This document shows positions 10,219 to 19,513 of a DNA stretch of 64,000 nucleotides, one piece after another. The stretch spans positions 22,954 to 86,953 of the forward strand of contig CBDCEL010000002.1 of assembly GCA_965215845.1 (NCBI GenBank), written 5' to 3'. This DNA is from Aurantibacter sp. (lineage in GTDB: Bacteria > Bacteroidota > Bacteroidia > Flavobacteriales > Flavobacteriaceae). Made by a program: the position numbers and the translations under genes. The first letter of the stretch is position 1, and each line of letters starts with the position of its first letter. Under the pieces are notes generated by a model. That model was not told the DNA's origin. It was given only the letters and a program-made list of their open reading frames with translations, and did not search any database.

Positions 10219-10279
10219 TTTCCAGTTTCCATTGTTTCAGGCCCAATTTGAAACCTGAAACTACAGCAACCAGAAATAT

Positions 10280-12724
10280 TCAAAAGTTTCCTATTCTGAT
10301 AATATCGGCAAAAATTCCGGATGCCGTTACATCGGCCCCGGCACCTGCACCTTTGATGATCATAGGCTGGTTCGGGTAACGTTCCGTGTAGAACAATACG
10401 ATATTATCGCTTCCTTCCAGATTATAAAAATCATGTCCTTTAGGAATCTTCTGCAGCCCAACACTTGCCGTTCCATTTTCATATTGGGCCACGTATTTCA
10501 ATTTGCTGTCGGCATCGATCGCATTCTTATAAAGTTCCTGAAAATTGGATTCGTACTTTTTCAATGACTCAAAAAAATCATCATTACTTGTAGTTTCCAA
10601 ACTTTCCTTAGGCAAGAAAGACTTGTTCCTTATATCATCGATTTCAAGTTGATGGCCACTTTCCCGGGCCAAAATCAAAATCTTCCGCATGACATCGATG
10701 CCACTTAAATCGATTTTAGGGTCTGGTTCGGTATAGCCTTCCTCTTGTGCTTGCTTGACTACATCATGAAAAGTGGTCTGGTCATTAAAATTGTTGAAGA
10801 TAAAATTGAGGCTACCGGAAAGTACAGCTTGAATCTTTAGGACGGTATCTCCTGAGGCCATCAAATGTTTCAGGGTATCGATGATGGGCAGACCGGCCCC
10901 GACGTTCGTTTCAAAAAGAAAAGGAGCGTTGTACAGCGTGGCCAAATTTTTCAAATTCCTGTAGTTCTGATATTCAGAGGAACAAGCAATTTTGTTACAA
11001 GTTACAACTGAAATGCTATTTTTTAGATAAGAATCATAAGTAGAAGCAACTTCTTCGCTTGCAGTATTGTCAATAAAAATACTATTGCGATAATTGAGCT
11101 TTTGTACGGTTTCGACGAATTTTGCCTTATCGGCCTTTTGTCCGTTGGCTAAAACCGATTCCCAGTTTTTTAAGGAAATGCCACCCTCGTCAAATACCAT
11201 GGTACGTGAATTGGAGATTCCGATGACACGGATATTGAGCTTTAGGTTTTCTTTGAGGTATTTTCGCTGTTGTTCAACTTGGGCCAAAAACTTTCCGCCA
11301 ACATTGCCGACGCCCATCACATATAGATTCAGTTGTTTGATGTTTTCTTCAAAAAATTCCTCATGCAGGGAATTCAAGGCTTTTTTTACATCGGTAGACT
11401 TGATTACGGCCGAAATATTGCGCTCGGATGCCCCTTGTGCGATCGCCCGAATATTTACATTATTTTTTCCGAGGGTGCTAAACATCTTTCCACTCAACCC
11501 TTGATGACTTTTCATATGGTCACCGATAAGGGCAATTATGGCCATTCCGGTTTCAGATATTACGGGGTTTATTTTCTTCCGTGCGATTTCAAAGGCGAAG
11601 GCCTCATTTATTTTTTGTACAGCTTTTTTTACATCTTTTTCATCGACCCCAACACATATGCTGTGCTCTGAAGAGGCCTGCGTAATCAAGATCACATTAA
11701 TTTCGGCCCTTGAGAGCTCTTCGAAGAATCGTGCTGAAACCCCGGGTATACCTACCATGCCCGGACCTTCTAAAGATAACAGCCCGATACTTTCAACAGA
11801 ACTAATACCAGTGACCACCCTCTTGTCCCCATTTTCGGATCTTGCTATCAAAGTACCCAAGGCCTTGGGATCAAACGTATTTTTGATATGGATTGGAATG
11901 TTCTTCGACAGTACGGGTTGAATGGTCGGGGGGTATAAGACGGAAGCCCCAAAATGTGAAAGTTCCATGGCCTCTTCATAAGAGAGTTTGGCAATGGGTT
12001 TGGCCTGTTTTACAATACTGGGGTTAGCGGTGTACATGCCGCTGACATCCGTCCAGATTTCCAAAACCTCCGCATTTGTTGCCGCCGCAATAATTGCGGC
12101 GGAATAATCGGATCCACCGCGTCCCAAGGTTGTAGTTTCCCGGTTTTCCGAAGAAGCTATAAATCCTCCCAAGACAGAAATCTTATGGTCGTGACTTTCA
12201 AAAAAATCAACGCATTTTTTATTGGTGTACTCAAAGTCGACAATGGCCTTTCCGAATTGTTCATCGCTTCGGATGAGTTCCCGACTATCCTTAAAGACGA
12301 CATCCAACCCTTCCTGTAAAAAATATTCCGAAATAATGTAGGAGGACAATAATTCTCCGTAGCTAACGATTTTATCGGATAGTTTTGGCGTCAATTCGCC
12401 AATGGAATAAGCACCTTCAAGAAGACTTTCCAATGTATTGATATCTGATTTTGCCTTACTCAAAACCGAGCTTTGCGAGTTTAAGGGAAGTAATTCCTTG
12501 ATGGCCTCCAAATGGCGCGACTCAATTTCATCCACGAACTTTGAATAGGAGTCGTCTTGCTGAGAAGCTTTTTCCGCGGCTTTAAGGAGCAAATCTGTGA
12601 TTCCGCCAAATGCCGATACGACTATGGCCAATTTGGCGCCCTTTGTCTTGGCGATTATGTTTTTGACCTTCCTAATATTTTCTGCTTTGGCGACCGATGT
12701 GCCGCCAAACTTTAAAACCTTCAT
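10280..12724 (-). CDS. thrA: Bifunctional aspartokinase / homoserine dehydrogenase
   Basis: 814 aa. N-terminal MKVLKFGGTSVA aspartokinase signature, ACT region, and a C-terminal homoserine dehydrogenase domain (GVGNVGG Rossmann motif). Confidence 0.95.
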   Translation of the reverse strand: MKVLKFGGTSVAKAENIRKVKNIIAKTKGAKLAIVVSAFGGITDLLLKAAEKASQQDDSYSKFVDEIESRHLEAIKELLPLNSQSSVLSKAKSDINTLESLLEGAYSIGELTPKLSDKIVSYGELLSSYIISEYFLQEGLDVVFKDSRELIRSDEQFGKAIVDFEYTNKKCVDFFESHDHKISVLGGFIASSENRETTTLGRGGSDYSAAIIAAATNAEVLEIWTDVSGMYTANPSIVKQAKPIAKLSYEEAMELSHFGASVLYPPTIQPVLSKNIPIHIKNTFDPKALGTLIARSENGDKRVVTGISSVESIGLLSLEGPGMVGIPGVSARFFEELSRAEINVILITQASSEHSICVGVDEKDVKKAVQKINEAFAFEIARKKINPVISETGMAIIALIGDHMKSHQGLSGKMFSTLGKNNVNIRAIAQGASERNISAVIKSTDVKKALNSLHEEFFEENIKQLNLYVMGVGNVGGKFLAQVEQQRKYLKENLKLNIRVIGISNSRTMVFDEGGISLKNWESVLANGQKADKAKFVETVQKLNYRNSIFIDNTASEEVASTYDSYLKNSISVVTCNKIACSSEYQNYRNLKNLATLYNAPFLFETNVGAGLPIIDTLKHLMASGDTVLKIQAVLSGSLNFIFNNFNDQTTFHDVVKQAQEEGYTEPDPKIDLSGIDVMRKILILARESGHQLEIDDIRNKSFLPKESLETTSNDDFFESLKKYESNFQELYKNAIDADSKLKYVAQYENGTASVGLQKIPKGHDFYNLEGSDNIVLFYTERYPNQPMIIKGAGAGADVTASGIFADIIRIGNF

Positions 12725-12784
12725 TTCAACAAATAAATTGGAAAACTAATTAATAGCGATGTGCGAACGAGTGAATATGAGAGA

Positions 12785-12865
12785 CTACCCACCACAGTGG
12801 GTCGTAGTAGTTGTGCGAGTGCCACCATTTTTGGTTTTGGAAAAAAGGCTTCCGATGTTCGACAT
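12785..12865 (-). CDS. Candidate thr operon leader peptide, 26 aa: MSNIGSLFSKTKNGGTRTTTTTHCGG
   Basis: Hand translation of the reverse strand gives ATG at 12865-12863 and TAG at 12787-12785. There are 7 Thr codons, including the run T-R-T-T-T-T-T, ending 60 nt upstream of the thrA ATG. A 5-bp hairpin, CCCAC-UGUG-GUGGG, overlaps the last codons. Confidence 0.55.
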   Translation of the reverse strand: MSNIGSLFSKTKNGGTRTTTTTHCGG

Positions 12866-12977
12866 GTTGATTGGCATACTTCTAATAATGTGTCAAAAGT
12901 AGTACATTTAACAACTGAATCAAACGATGTCAAGGATTTTTACGGAATCCTCAAAAATTGCTAAACCGACTTGCAGC

Positions 12978-14537
12978 ATGAGAATTTTCTCCGCCGATCA
13001 GATTTACCAAGCTGATAAATTCACAATAGAAAAACATGGCATAAAAAGCGATGACCTGATGGAAAGGGCTTCGTTGGAGATTTTCAATTGGTTCCATTTG
13101 CGTATGCAAGGGGCCCAAGTGAAGATTCATCTGTTTTGTGGCATCGGTAACAACGGGGGTGACGGAATCGCGCTGGCCCGTCATTTTTTTGAGCATGGTT
13201 ACAACATTGAAGTGAACGTGGTCAACTATAGCGAAAAACGTTCGCCTGATTTCTTGGCCAACCTTAATCGGCTGAAAGAACGTAAGATTTGGCCAAATTT
13301 TATCGACAGCAATTCGCCTTTCCCAAAAATCGGGCCCGATGATATCATTGTCGATGCCATATTTGGTATCGGTCTCAACCGCGAACCCGACCGTTGGGTG
13401 AAGACACTTATCGAATATCTGAACCATACAGAAGCTTTCATCGTTTCAGTGGATGTGCCCTCAGGGCTTTTTATGGACCGCATTGCGAAAAGCGGCGAAG
13501 GTATTGTCAAGTCAAACTTTATCTTAAGTTTTCAGGCCCCAAAATTGATGTTTTTCCTTCCAGAAAATGGACCCTATATCGAAAATTGGCAGGTTTTGGA
13601 TATTGGTCTTGATCCTGAGTTTCTTTTGGGTACCGAGACGGATTATGAACTGGTTACGAAACACGAACTATTGGCCTGGTATATTCCCAGAAAGAAATAT
13701 TCACACAAAGGGTCCTATGGGCATTCCCTTTTAATCGGTGGCACCCATGGAAAGATAGGGGCGATTATCTTGGCGGCCAATGCCAGTTTGAGGGCCGGTA
13801 CGGGCCTTTTGACGGCGATGGTTCCCAATTGTGGCTATCTACCGATGCAAAGCGCGGTGCCCGAGGCAATGGTACTGTCAGATCAAGATGAGCGGATCAT
13901 CACTGAAATCAATTTTGACATCGCACCTACGGCTATCGGCATCGGTACCGGTATGGGCCAAGATGCGAAAACGAAAAAGGCCTTTGGCGATTTTTTGAAG
14001 AACAATAAGGTGCCCTTGGTCGTTGATGCCGATGCGTTGAACCTCTTATCCACGGGAAAGACTTTATTGAAGAAATTGCCACCGCAATCCATTTTGACCC
14101 CACATGACAAAGAGTTTGAGAGACTGGTGGGCGAATGGGAAGATGACTTTGACAAACTCAAGAAGGCGAAAGAATTCTCTAAAAAATATGACTGTATATT
14201 GGTGCTCAAAGGAGCCCATACGATTACGATATATAAGGATAAGGGATATATAAATACGACCGGTAACCCTGGTATGGCCACGGCCGGAAGCGGTGATGTG
14301 CTGACGGGTGTCATTACGGCCCTGGTCGCACAAGGATATGCCCCTTTACGGGCGGCGGTCTTTGGTGTCTATTTACATGGAAGGGCAGGGGACGTAGGAG
14401 CCGAAATTCGTGGGTACCTCGCCTTGACGGCGGGCGACCTTATCGAATACTTGGGAGATGCACTTCTAGACCTATTCAAACTGCCTGAAGAACCAGAAAC
14501 GCAGGAAAAATCTGGGGATGGGGAAGATGATGCCTGA
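12978..14537 (+). CDS. nnr: Bifunctional NAD(P)H-hydrate epimerase / ADP-dependent dehydratase (Nnr)
   Basis: N-terminal YjeF_N part (CGIGNNGGDG) plus a C-terminal carbohydrate-kinase part (GHSLLIGG...ATAGSGDVLTG). The start is placed at MRIFSADQIYQADK rather than the track start at 12927. Confidence 0.9.
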   Translation: MRIFSADQIYQADKFTIEKHGIKSDDLMERASLEIFNWFHLRMQGAQVKIHLFCGIGNNGGDGIALARHFFEHGYNIEVNVVNYSEKRSPDFLANLNRLKERKIWPNFIDSNSPFPKIGPDDIIVDAIFGIGLNREPDRWVKTLIEYLNHTEAFIVSVDVPSGLFMDRIAKSGEGIVKSNFILSFQAPKLMFFLPENGPYIENWQVLDIGLDPEFLLGTETDYELVTKHELLAWYIPRKKYSHKGSYGHSLLIGGTHGKIGAIILAANASLRAGTGLLTAMVPNCGYLPMQSAVPEAMVLSDQDERIITEINFDIAPTAIGIGTGMGQDAKTKKAFGDFLKNNKVPLVVDADALNLLSTGKTLLKKLPPQSILTPHDKEFERLVGEWEDDFDKLKKAKEFSKKYDCILVLKGAHTITIYKDKGYINTTGNPGMATAGSGDVLTGVITALVAQGYAPLRAAVFGVYLHGRAGDVGAEIRGYLALTAGDLIEYLGDALLDLFKLPEEPETQEKSGDGEDDA

Positions 14538-14597
14538 CCTTATTTGGAAACTTTTTAGGTATCCTTTATCTTAAAGGTGTTCTAGTAAGCACCGACC

Positions 14598-15471
14598 ATG
14601 TCTTCATTTTCGCTCAACGCCGATCTCGTTCCTCTTTTTCGTGGCTTGGTCACAGGGCTTCAGCCTTTTGCCGCTGCCCAGGAAGTTGACTTGGTTTTCG
14701 AATCTTCCGTAGAAAATCTATTTGCATCCTACAACCCTGAGGAGGCCTTGTCTGAAATCACGGTCCTGCTGAGTCGAATTGTGACCTTCACCCCACAATC
14801 GTATAGCGTCAAAGTTTCGGTAGGTGAATGCGACGAAAGTAATGACCGATGTATTCTGGCCATTGAAAATACGGGGGGTCGATCTTTCGAAATTGGGGGA
14901 GATCTTGGCATCGGTCAAAAACGGACTTGAAGTCGAACGAAAAAAACAGGGTACTCGATTCGTTGTATCCATTCCAACAAAACCGAATAGTGTCATTTCG
15001 CAGAAAACCGGCGGCAATGGTAATTTACTTCCGAAGAAATATCCGAATTACTATTCGGTCATCGCCAAAAGATTGACCACACACTTTTCGAATACCGAGA
15101 ATATGGAAAAAGCGGCTGAGCTGAAAGGCAGCAGTGAGGGAGTATTTTTAAAGAAGACCAATGCCGTTATCAACTCCCATATTTCGGATCCGGATTTTAA
15201 GGTAGATACCTTGGCCGATGCCATGGCCTTGAGCCGCACACAGCTATTCCGTAAAATAAAGTCCTTGACCCAAATGTCTCCCCAGAAATACTTGCGATTT
15301 GTGCGCTTGGAAAAAGCGAAACGTTTGTTACAATCAAAAGATAAAGACTTGAATGTAAGTGAGGTATGCTATGAGGTGGGTTTTGCGAGTAAAAGCCATT
15401 TTACGCGATCTTTTCAAAAGGAGTTCGGTTTCAACCCTTCAGAATACACGAGGTCCAAAAATGCAACCTAA
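14598..15471 (+). CDS. Orphan HATPase_c-like domain fused to an AraC-type HTH; apparent 1-nt frameshift in the G6 run at 14873-14878
   Basis: ORFs 14598..14930 and 14824..15471 join as ...CILAIENTG/VDLSKLGEILASVKNGLEVERKKQGTRFVVSIP (a degenerate kinase ATPase lid). A C-terminal AraC HTH follows (LSRTQLFRKIKSLTQMSPQKYLRFVRLEKAKRLL...GFASKSHFTRSFQKEFG). Confidence 0.7.
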
Positions 15472-15563
15472 GCGCAATTTTTCGCAACCTGCGGTCAATT
15501 GTCGAAATGAAAGCCCCCTTAACTTTGGAGTGAAAAAACGGGAGAATCATAAAAAACAATCTT

Positions 15564-15956
15564 ATGGATAATTTGAAGAAAAACAGGGAATTCATTATCA
15601 AGTATTTCAACGCCATGTCAGGTGCCGAAAAGACTCGAGAGCTCTGTGAGCAATACACGACCGACGAAGAATTGATCGGACACATCGAATTCTTCGAAAC
15701 GGCATTTCCGAAATATGAATTGTTTATCGAAGAAATCATGACCGAGGGAAACAAAGTACTTATTCAGGCGAGAATGTCGGGAACACATGCCGGGGAGTTC
15801 AATGGCATTCCCCCAACGGAAAGACCGGTGGATCTTCCCTTCGCGATTCGCTATACCATTGAGAACGAAATGATCGTGGATCATTGGCTGATTGCCGATC
15901 AGATGCTTTTGATGGAGCAATTAGGTGTCATGGAACCCCATACAACCGAAATATAG
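15564..15956 (+). CDS. SnoaL-like ester cyclase family protein (130 aa)
   Basis: NREFIIKYFNAMSG...FPKYELFIEEIMTEGNKVLIQARMSGTHAGEFNGIPPT...DHWLIADQMLLMEQLG matches the predicted ester cyclase pattern. Confidence 0.8.
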   Translation: MDNLKKNREFIIKYFNAMSGAEKTRELCEQYTTDEELIGHIEFFETAFPKYELFIEEIMTEGNKVLIQARMSGTHAGEFNGIPPTERPVDLPFAIRYTIENEMIVDHWLIADQMLLMEQLGVMEPHTTEI

Positions 15957-15966
15957 ATCTAGAGGT

Positions 15967-16360
15967 ATGGACACCGTCAAAAAGAACAGAGAGTTCATCA
16001 TCAATTACTACAATGCGATATCGGGTGTTGAAAAGACCCGTGAACTTTGTGAAAAGTTTATGAGTGACGAAAAATTGATCGATCATATTCATTTTTTTTG
16101 ATACGGCCTTTCCGAAGTATGAGCTCTTTATCGAAGAAATTGTTGCCGAGGGCGATAAAGTCATCGTGCAGGGCAGGGCAACGGGAATCCATAGAGGAAA
16201 GTACAAAGGCATTCCCCCGACAGGTGGAAAAATGGATCTGCCCTTTGTGATCCGCTATATCGTCGAGAATGAAAAAATAATAGATATGTGGTTGATTGCC
16301 GATCAGATGATTTTAATGGAACAATTAGGCGTGATGCCTGAAGCAGCGCCCGTGAGTTAG
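15967..16360 (+). CDS. Tandem paralog of the ester cyclase; apparent +1 frameshift in the T8 run at 16092-16099
   Basis: Hand translation gives MDTVKKNREFIINYYNAISGVEKTRELCEKFMSDEKLIDHIHFF, then a stop. The next frame continues DTAFPKYELFIEEIVAEGDKVIVQGRATGIHRGKYKGIPPTGGKMDLPFVIRYIVENEKIIDMWLIADQMILMEQLGV. This is colinear with the upstream gene. Confidence 0.75.
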
Positions 16361-16497
16361 TTACCGAGCGCATAATTTTCGCATTCCTGGGGGATGTCTT
16401 GCCACAAATTTAATCATGTTTGTTTGTCCCTTGTGAATTAGTGGGCCATACTGACCAATACCAAAACCTGAATAATAAAATCAACAAAAAGTAAAGC

Positions 16498-17037
16498 ATG
16501 AAAAAAACAATATACCTCATGATTTTTTCCGTCGTTATTTCATGCACGGATGAAAATAACTCTGCGGCAGATCAAAAGACCATGGCTGAGCTCAAGAAGT
16601 ATAAGTCAATGGATGCTAAGGAACAAGAAACAGAACAATTTATCAAAGACTATATACGGGCCGTAAATTCAGCGGACTGGAGATCGAAACTTCCCAAATA
16701 CCTCGAGCCCAATCCAGAAGAATTCTTAAAAGAGCATTCCGTCTTTAGAACCTCTTTTCCAAATTATAAGGCAACGATCAAGCATTTGGCTGTCGATGGA
16801 AATGAAGGAGTAGTTTGGATCAACGTTACCGCCAATTTTGCCAAAGCGTTTGATCTGGAAGATGACAGCGACTATGGCGATAACATTTTGAAGGGTATAG
16901 CTGCCAAAGATCAACCCCTTTCTTGGGACGAAACCTGGTACTTCAATGTGGTCGACGGAAAGTTCGGCGATAAATTTGATTTTTTAAAGGACAACTACAA
17001 AGTGCTAAAAGACTTAAGGGCAATTGAATCAAAATAA
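16498..17037 (+). CDS. Lipoprotein with a distant SnoaL/ester-cyclase-like domain
   Basis: Lipobox-like signal MKKTIYLMIFSVVISC. Internal FPNYKATIKHLAVDGNEGVVWINVTANF resembles the cyclase core. Confidence 0.6.
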   Translation: MKKTIYLMIFSVVISCTDENNSAADQKTMAELKKYKSMDAKEQETEQFIKDYIRAVNSADWRSKLPKYLEPNPEEFLKEHSVFRTSFPNYKATIKHLAVDGNEGVVWINVTANFAKAFDLEDDSDYGDNILKGIAAKDQPLSWDETWYFNVVDGKFGDKFDFLKDNYKVLKDLRAIESK

Positions 17038-17150
17038 CGGGAATTTGTTTTTCACCGATTCATTGGCGCATTCTTACAATTAGTTGTAGGGTTTGGTCAT
17101 TATCTTGACCGCAAGAATGTCATTCATAGTTAACCGTTAAAATGTAAATC

Positions 17151-17579
17151 ATGAAAGCAGCATTAAAGATTTCCACCCTACTGCTTATAGCAGCGACAAA
17201 CTTTTCTTTTGCCCAATCGACCGAACCTAACGGAAGAACCTATTCTGTTAGATTATTGACCTTGAAGCCAGGAGTTGATTCCCAAGAATTTGAGAAATAT
17301 GCCAAAGAACAATTGGATTCGACCTTTCGCCAAGTTCCAGGTGGCGAGGCCCGCGTGGCCAAGGCGGATCGAGGAACTGATAAAGGTGTTTATGTGCTTA
17401 TCTATTTCTTTGATAGCAAAACGACCCGTGACCACTATTACCCAATTGCCGGCGGTGAGCCCTCTCCGGCTGGTCTTGAAATGCATTCCAAGATAGAAAA
17501 GACAATTTTGGGCCTTTATGAGTTTGTGGATCAAGAAGCTACCGGAAAGGATTATACCGATTACGTTTTTATCGAATAG
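17151..17579 (+). CDS. Secreted hypothetical protein (142 aa)
   Basis: Signal peptide MKAALKISTLLLIAATNFSFAQ. No motif recognised. Confidence 0.5.
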   Translation: MKAALKISTLLLIAATNFSFAQSTEPNGRTYSVRLLTLKPGVDSQEFEKYAKEQLDSTFRQVPGGEARVAKADRGTDKGVYVLIYFFDSKTTRDHYYPIAGGEPSPAGLEMHSKIEKTILGLYEFVDQEATGKDYTDYVFIE

Positions 17580-17586
17580 CATTGAT

Positions 17587-18843
17587 ATGGCAAGAATCTT
17601 AGTTGCCTGTGCCGCGGCCGATGGCCATGTAAACCCTTTTCTGCCCGTAGTTCAACATTTGATAAAACACGGCCATGAAATCGTTTGGCTATGTGGGCGG
17701 GCCTATCGTAATAAGATCGAGTCGACGGGTGCCCGTTTTGTACCAATGCCCAAGGATTTTGATCCCAATGGAATAGAAATCTATGATTTCAAGCCCGAGT
17801 TAAAAAAACTCAAGGGCATTGCCCAAATCAAGTTTTATATCAAGACCTGGTGTTACGATATGACCAAGCCTACCCTTAAGATCATAGATGAATTGAGGGA
17901 AGACTTTGAACCTGATATTTATATCAGTGATCCTATGGTGTATGGGCCTTACCTACAAGCAGAGCAAACTGGTAAGCCAAGCATAAATCTTCATGTATTG
18001 CCATTGCCCTTATCAAGCAAAGACCATGGTCCCTTTGGTACGGGCATTGGTCCTTCGAATTCGTTCTTTGGAAGACTGCGCATACGGGTATTGAATTTTT
18101 TGGTGGACAATATAATTTTTAGAGACTTGAGGAAGTATTGTAATCACCTAAGAAGCGAGGTAGGCCTAGAGCCTTTTGATCATATATTCAACGACTTTCT
18201 GAAAAGTGCCACAAAAGTCATGACGGTCACGATACCCGGGTTTGATTATCCGCGCAGTGATATGCCTAATAATGTTGAGTATATAGGTCCGATCATGCCA
18301 AGAAACTCCACTGATTTTGTAGAACCGGAATGGTGGCCGGAATTACGGGATAAACGTCCTGTGATTTTGGTCAATCAAGGTACAATTGCCAATGATATAA
18401 CCGAACTTATCTTACCTACTATGAAAGCGCTAAGGAATGAAGATGTCTTACTCATTGCCGTTCCGGTAAAAGAGCAAATAAAAGATTTACCGAGCAATGT
18501 CAAAGTGGCCAAGTTCATTCCTTTTGCCCATCTCTTACCCCATGTAGATGTAATGGTGACTAACGGAGGCTATGGGGCAACCCATATGGCCTTGGCACAC
18601 GGTATTCCCTTGGTTACTTCGGGAGGGAGTGAAGATAAAATGGAAGTATCAGCCAGAGTTGAATATTCGGGTTGTGGAATCAATCTCAAAAAATTAAAAC
18701 CACGTCCGGAACAGATTAGGAGAGCGGTAGACCTGATTTTGGCCAAACCAGAATATAAGAGAAGGGCCGCTCAACTTCAGCAGGAAATTGCTTTTTACGG
18801 TCCTTTGGAGTTGATCGAAAGAGCGGTTGCCGACTTGACCTAA
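17587..18843 (+). CDS. GT1-family UDP-glycosyltransferase (MGT/OleD-like)
   Basis: N-terminus MARILVACAAADGHVNPFLPV and C-terminal nucleotide-sugar motif VTNGGYGATHMALAHGIPLVTSGGSEDKMEVSARV. The start is taken at ATG 17587. Confidence 0.85.
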   Translation: MARILVACAAADGHVNPFLPVVQHLIKHGHEIVWLCGRAYRNKIESTGARFVPMPKDFDPNGIEIYDFKPELKKLKGIAQIKFYIKTWCYDMTKPTLKIIDELREDFEPDIYISDPMVYGPYLQAEQTGKPSINLHVLPLPLSSKDHGPFGTGIGPSNSFFGRLRIRVLNFLVDNIIFRDLRKYCNHLRSEVGLEPFDHIFNDFLKSATKVMTVTIPGFDYPRSDMPNNVEYIGPIMPRNSTDFVEPEWWPELRDKRPVILVNQGTIANDITELILPTMKALRNEDVLLIAVPVKEQIKDLPSNVKVAKFIPFAHLLPHVDVMVTNGGYGATHMALAHGIPLVTSGGSEDKMEVSARVEYSGCGINLKKLKPRPEQIRRAVDLILAKPEYKRRAAQLQQEIAFYGPLELIERAVADLT

Positions 18844-18906
18844 AAACCAAAACCCGAGATGCATCTCGGGCCTTATCATTGTTCGCCGTTCACAACTTGA
18901 ATATCC

Positions 18907-19305
18907 TTAACTTTTCAGCCGCTGTTTGATCCACGCAAGGGCGTTGTCAAACTCGATAAAGAATTTCATGGATTTTTTATAAAACAACTTTTCGATCTTA
19001 AAGTTGTGCATATCGATTTCCTTTATCGATACAATGGCAAAGGCCTTAAGATTTTCCAATTGTCTGAGGTAGGTATATATCGTAGGGTCTATTGCGTAAG
19101 AATTTTTTCTTAAACTGATATATCCGAAGTCTTTATCACGAAAGTGTATTTCACTTATTCCGATGATCTGATAGGCCCTTTCAAGTGTTAGCGTAGAACC
19201 TTCATCGAATATAACCACCATATAATTCTTGAATACCTGTACCAATGCGGTCTCTAATCGGTACTCTTGAACGATTACCGTTTTTTTCGGTCGATCTATC
19301 TTCAT
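18907..19305 (-). CDS. Hypothetical protein (132 aa)
   Basis: A clean ORF with no competing frame. No motif recognised. Confidence 0.45.
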   Translation of the reverse strand: MKIDRPKKTVIVQEYRLETALVQVFKNYMVVIFDEGSTLTLERAYQIIGISEIHFRDKDFGYISLRKNSYAIDPTIYTYLRQLENLKAFAIVSIKEIDMHNFKIEKLFYKKSMKFFIEFDNALAWIKQRLKS

Positions 19306-19513
19306 TTTCTATAGTTTCCAGTGTCTTGAACGAAAGTAGACCTATGGTGAGGTATTTTGAAAAATTTTAGATAAAACGCCTAAATATCGTTTGTTCTGTA
19401 TTTGATGGGGATACCCTGTCCGCCATTTCTTACTTCTTCACCTTTTTGCATCAAAAAAAGAGGGCCGTTTTACCGACCCTCTTATCAATGATTTCCTACT
19501 TGAACGAGAAAAC

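Noticed and set aside
12721-12933. 70-aa ORF from the track covering the thrA upstream region.
   Set aside because: It overlaps the thrA start and has no motif. The same DNA in a different frame encodes the much more meaningful Thr-run leader peptide.
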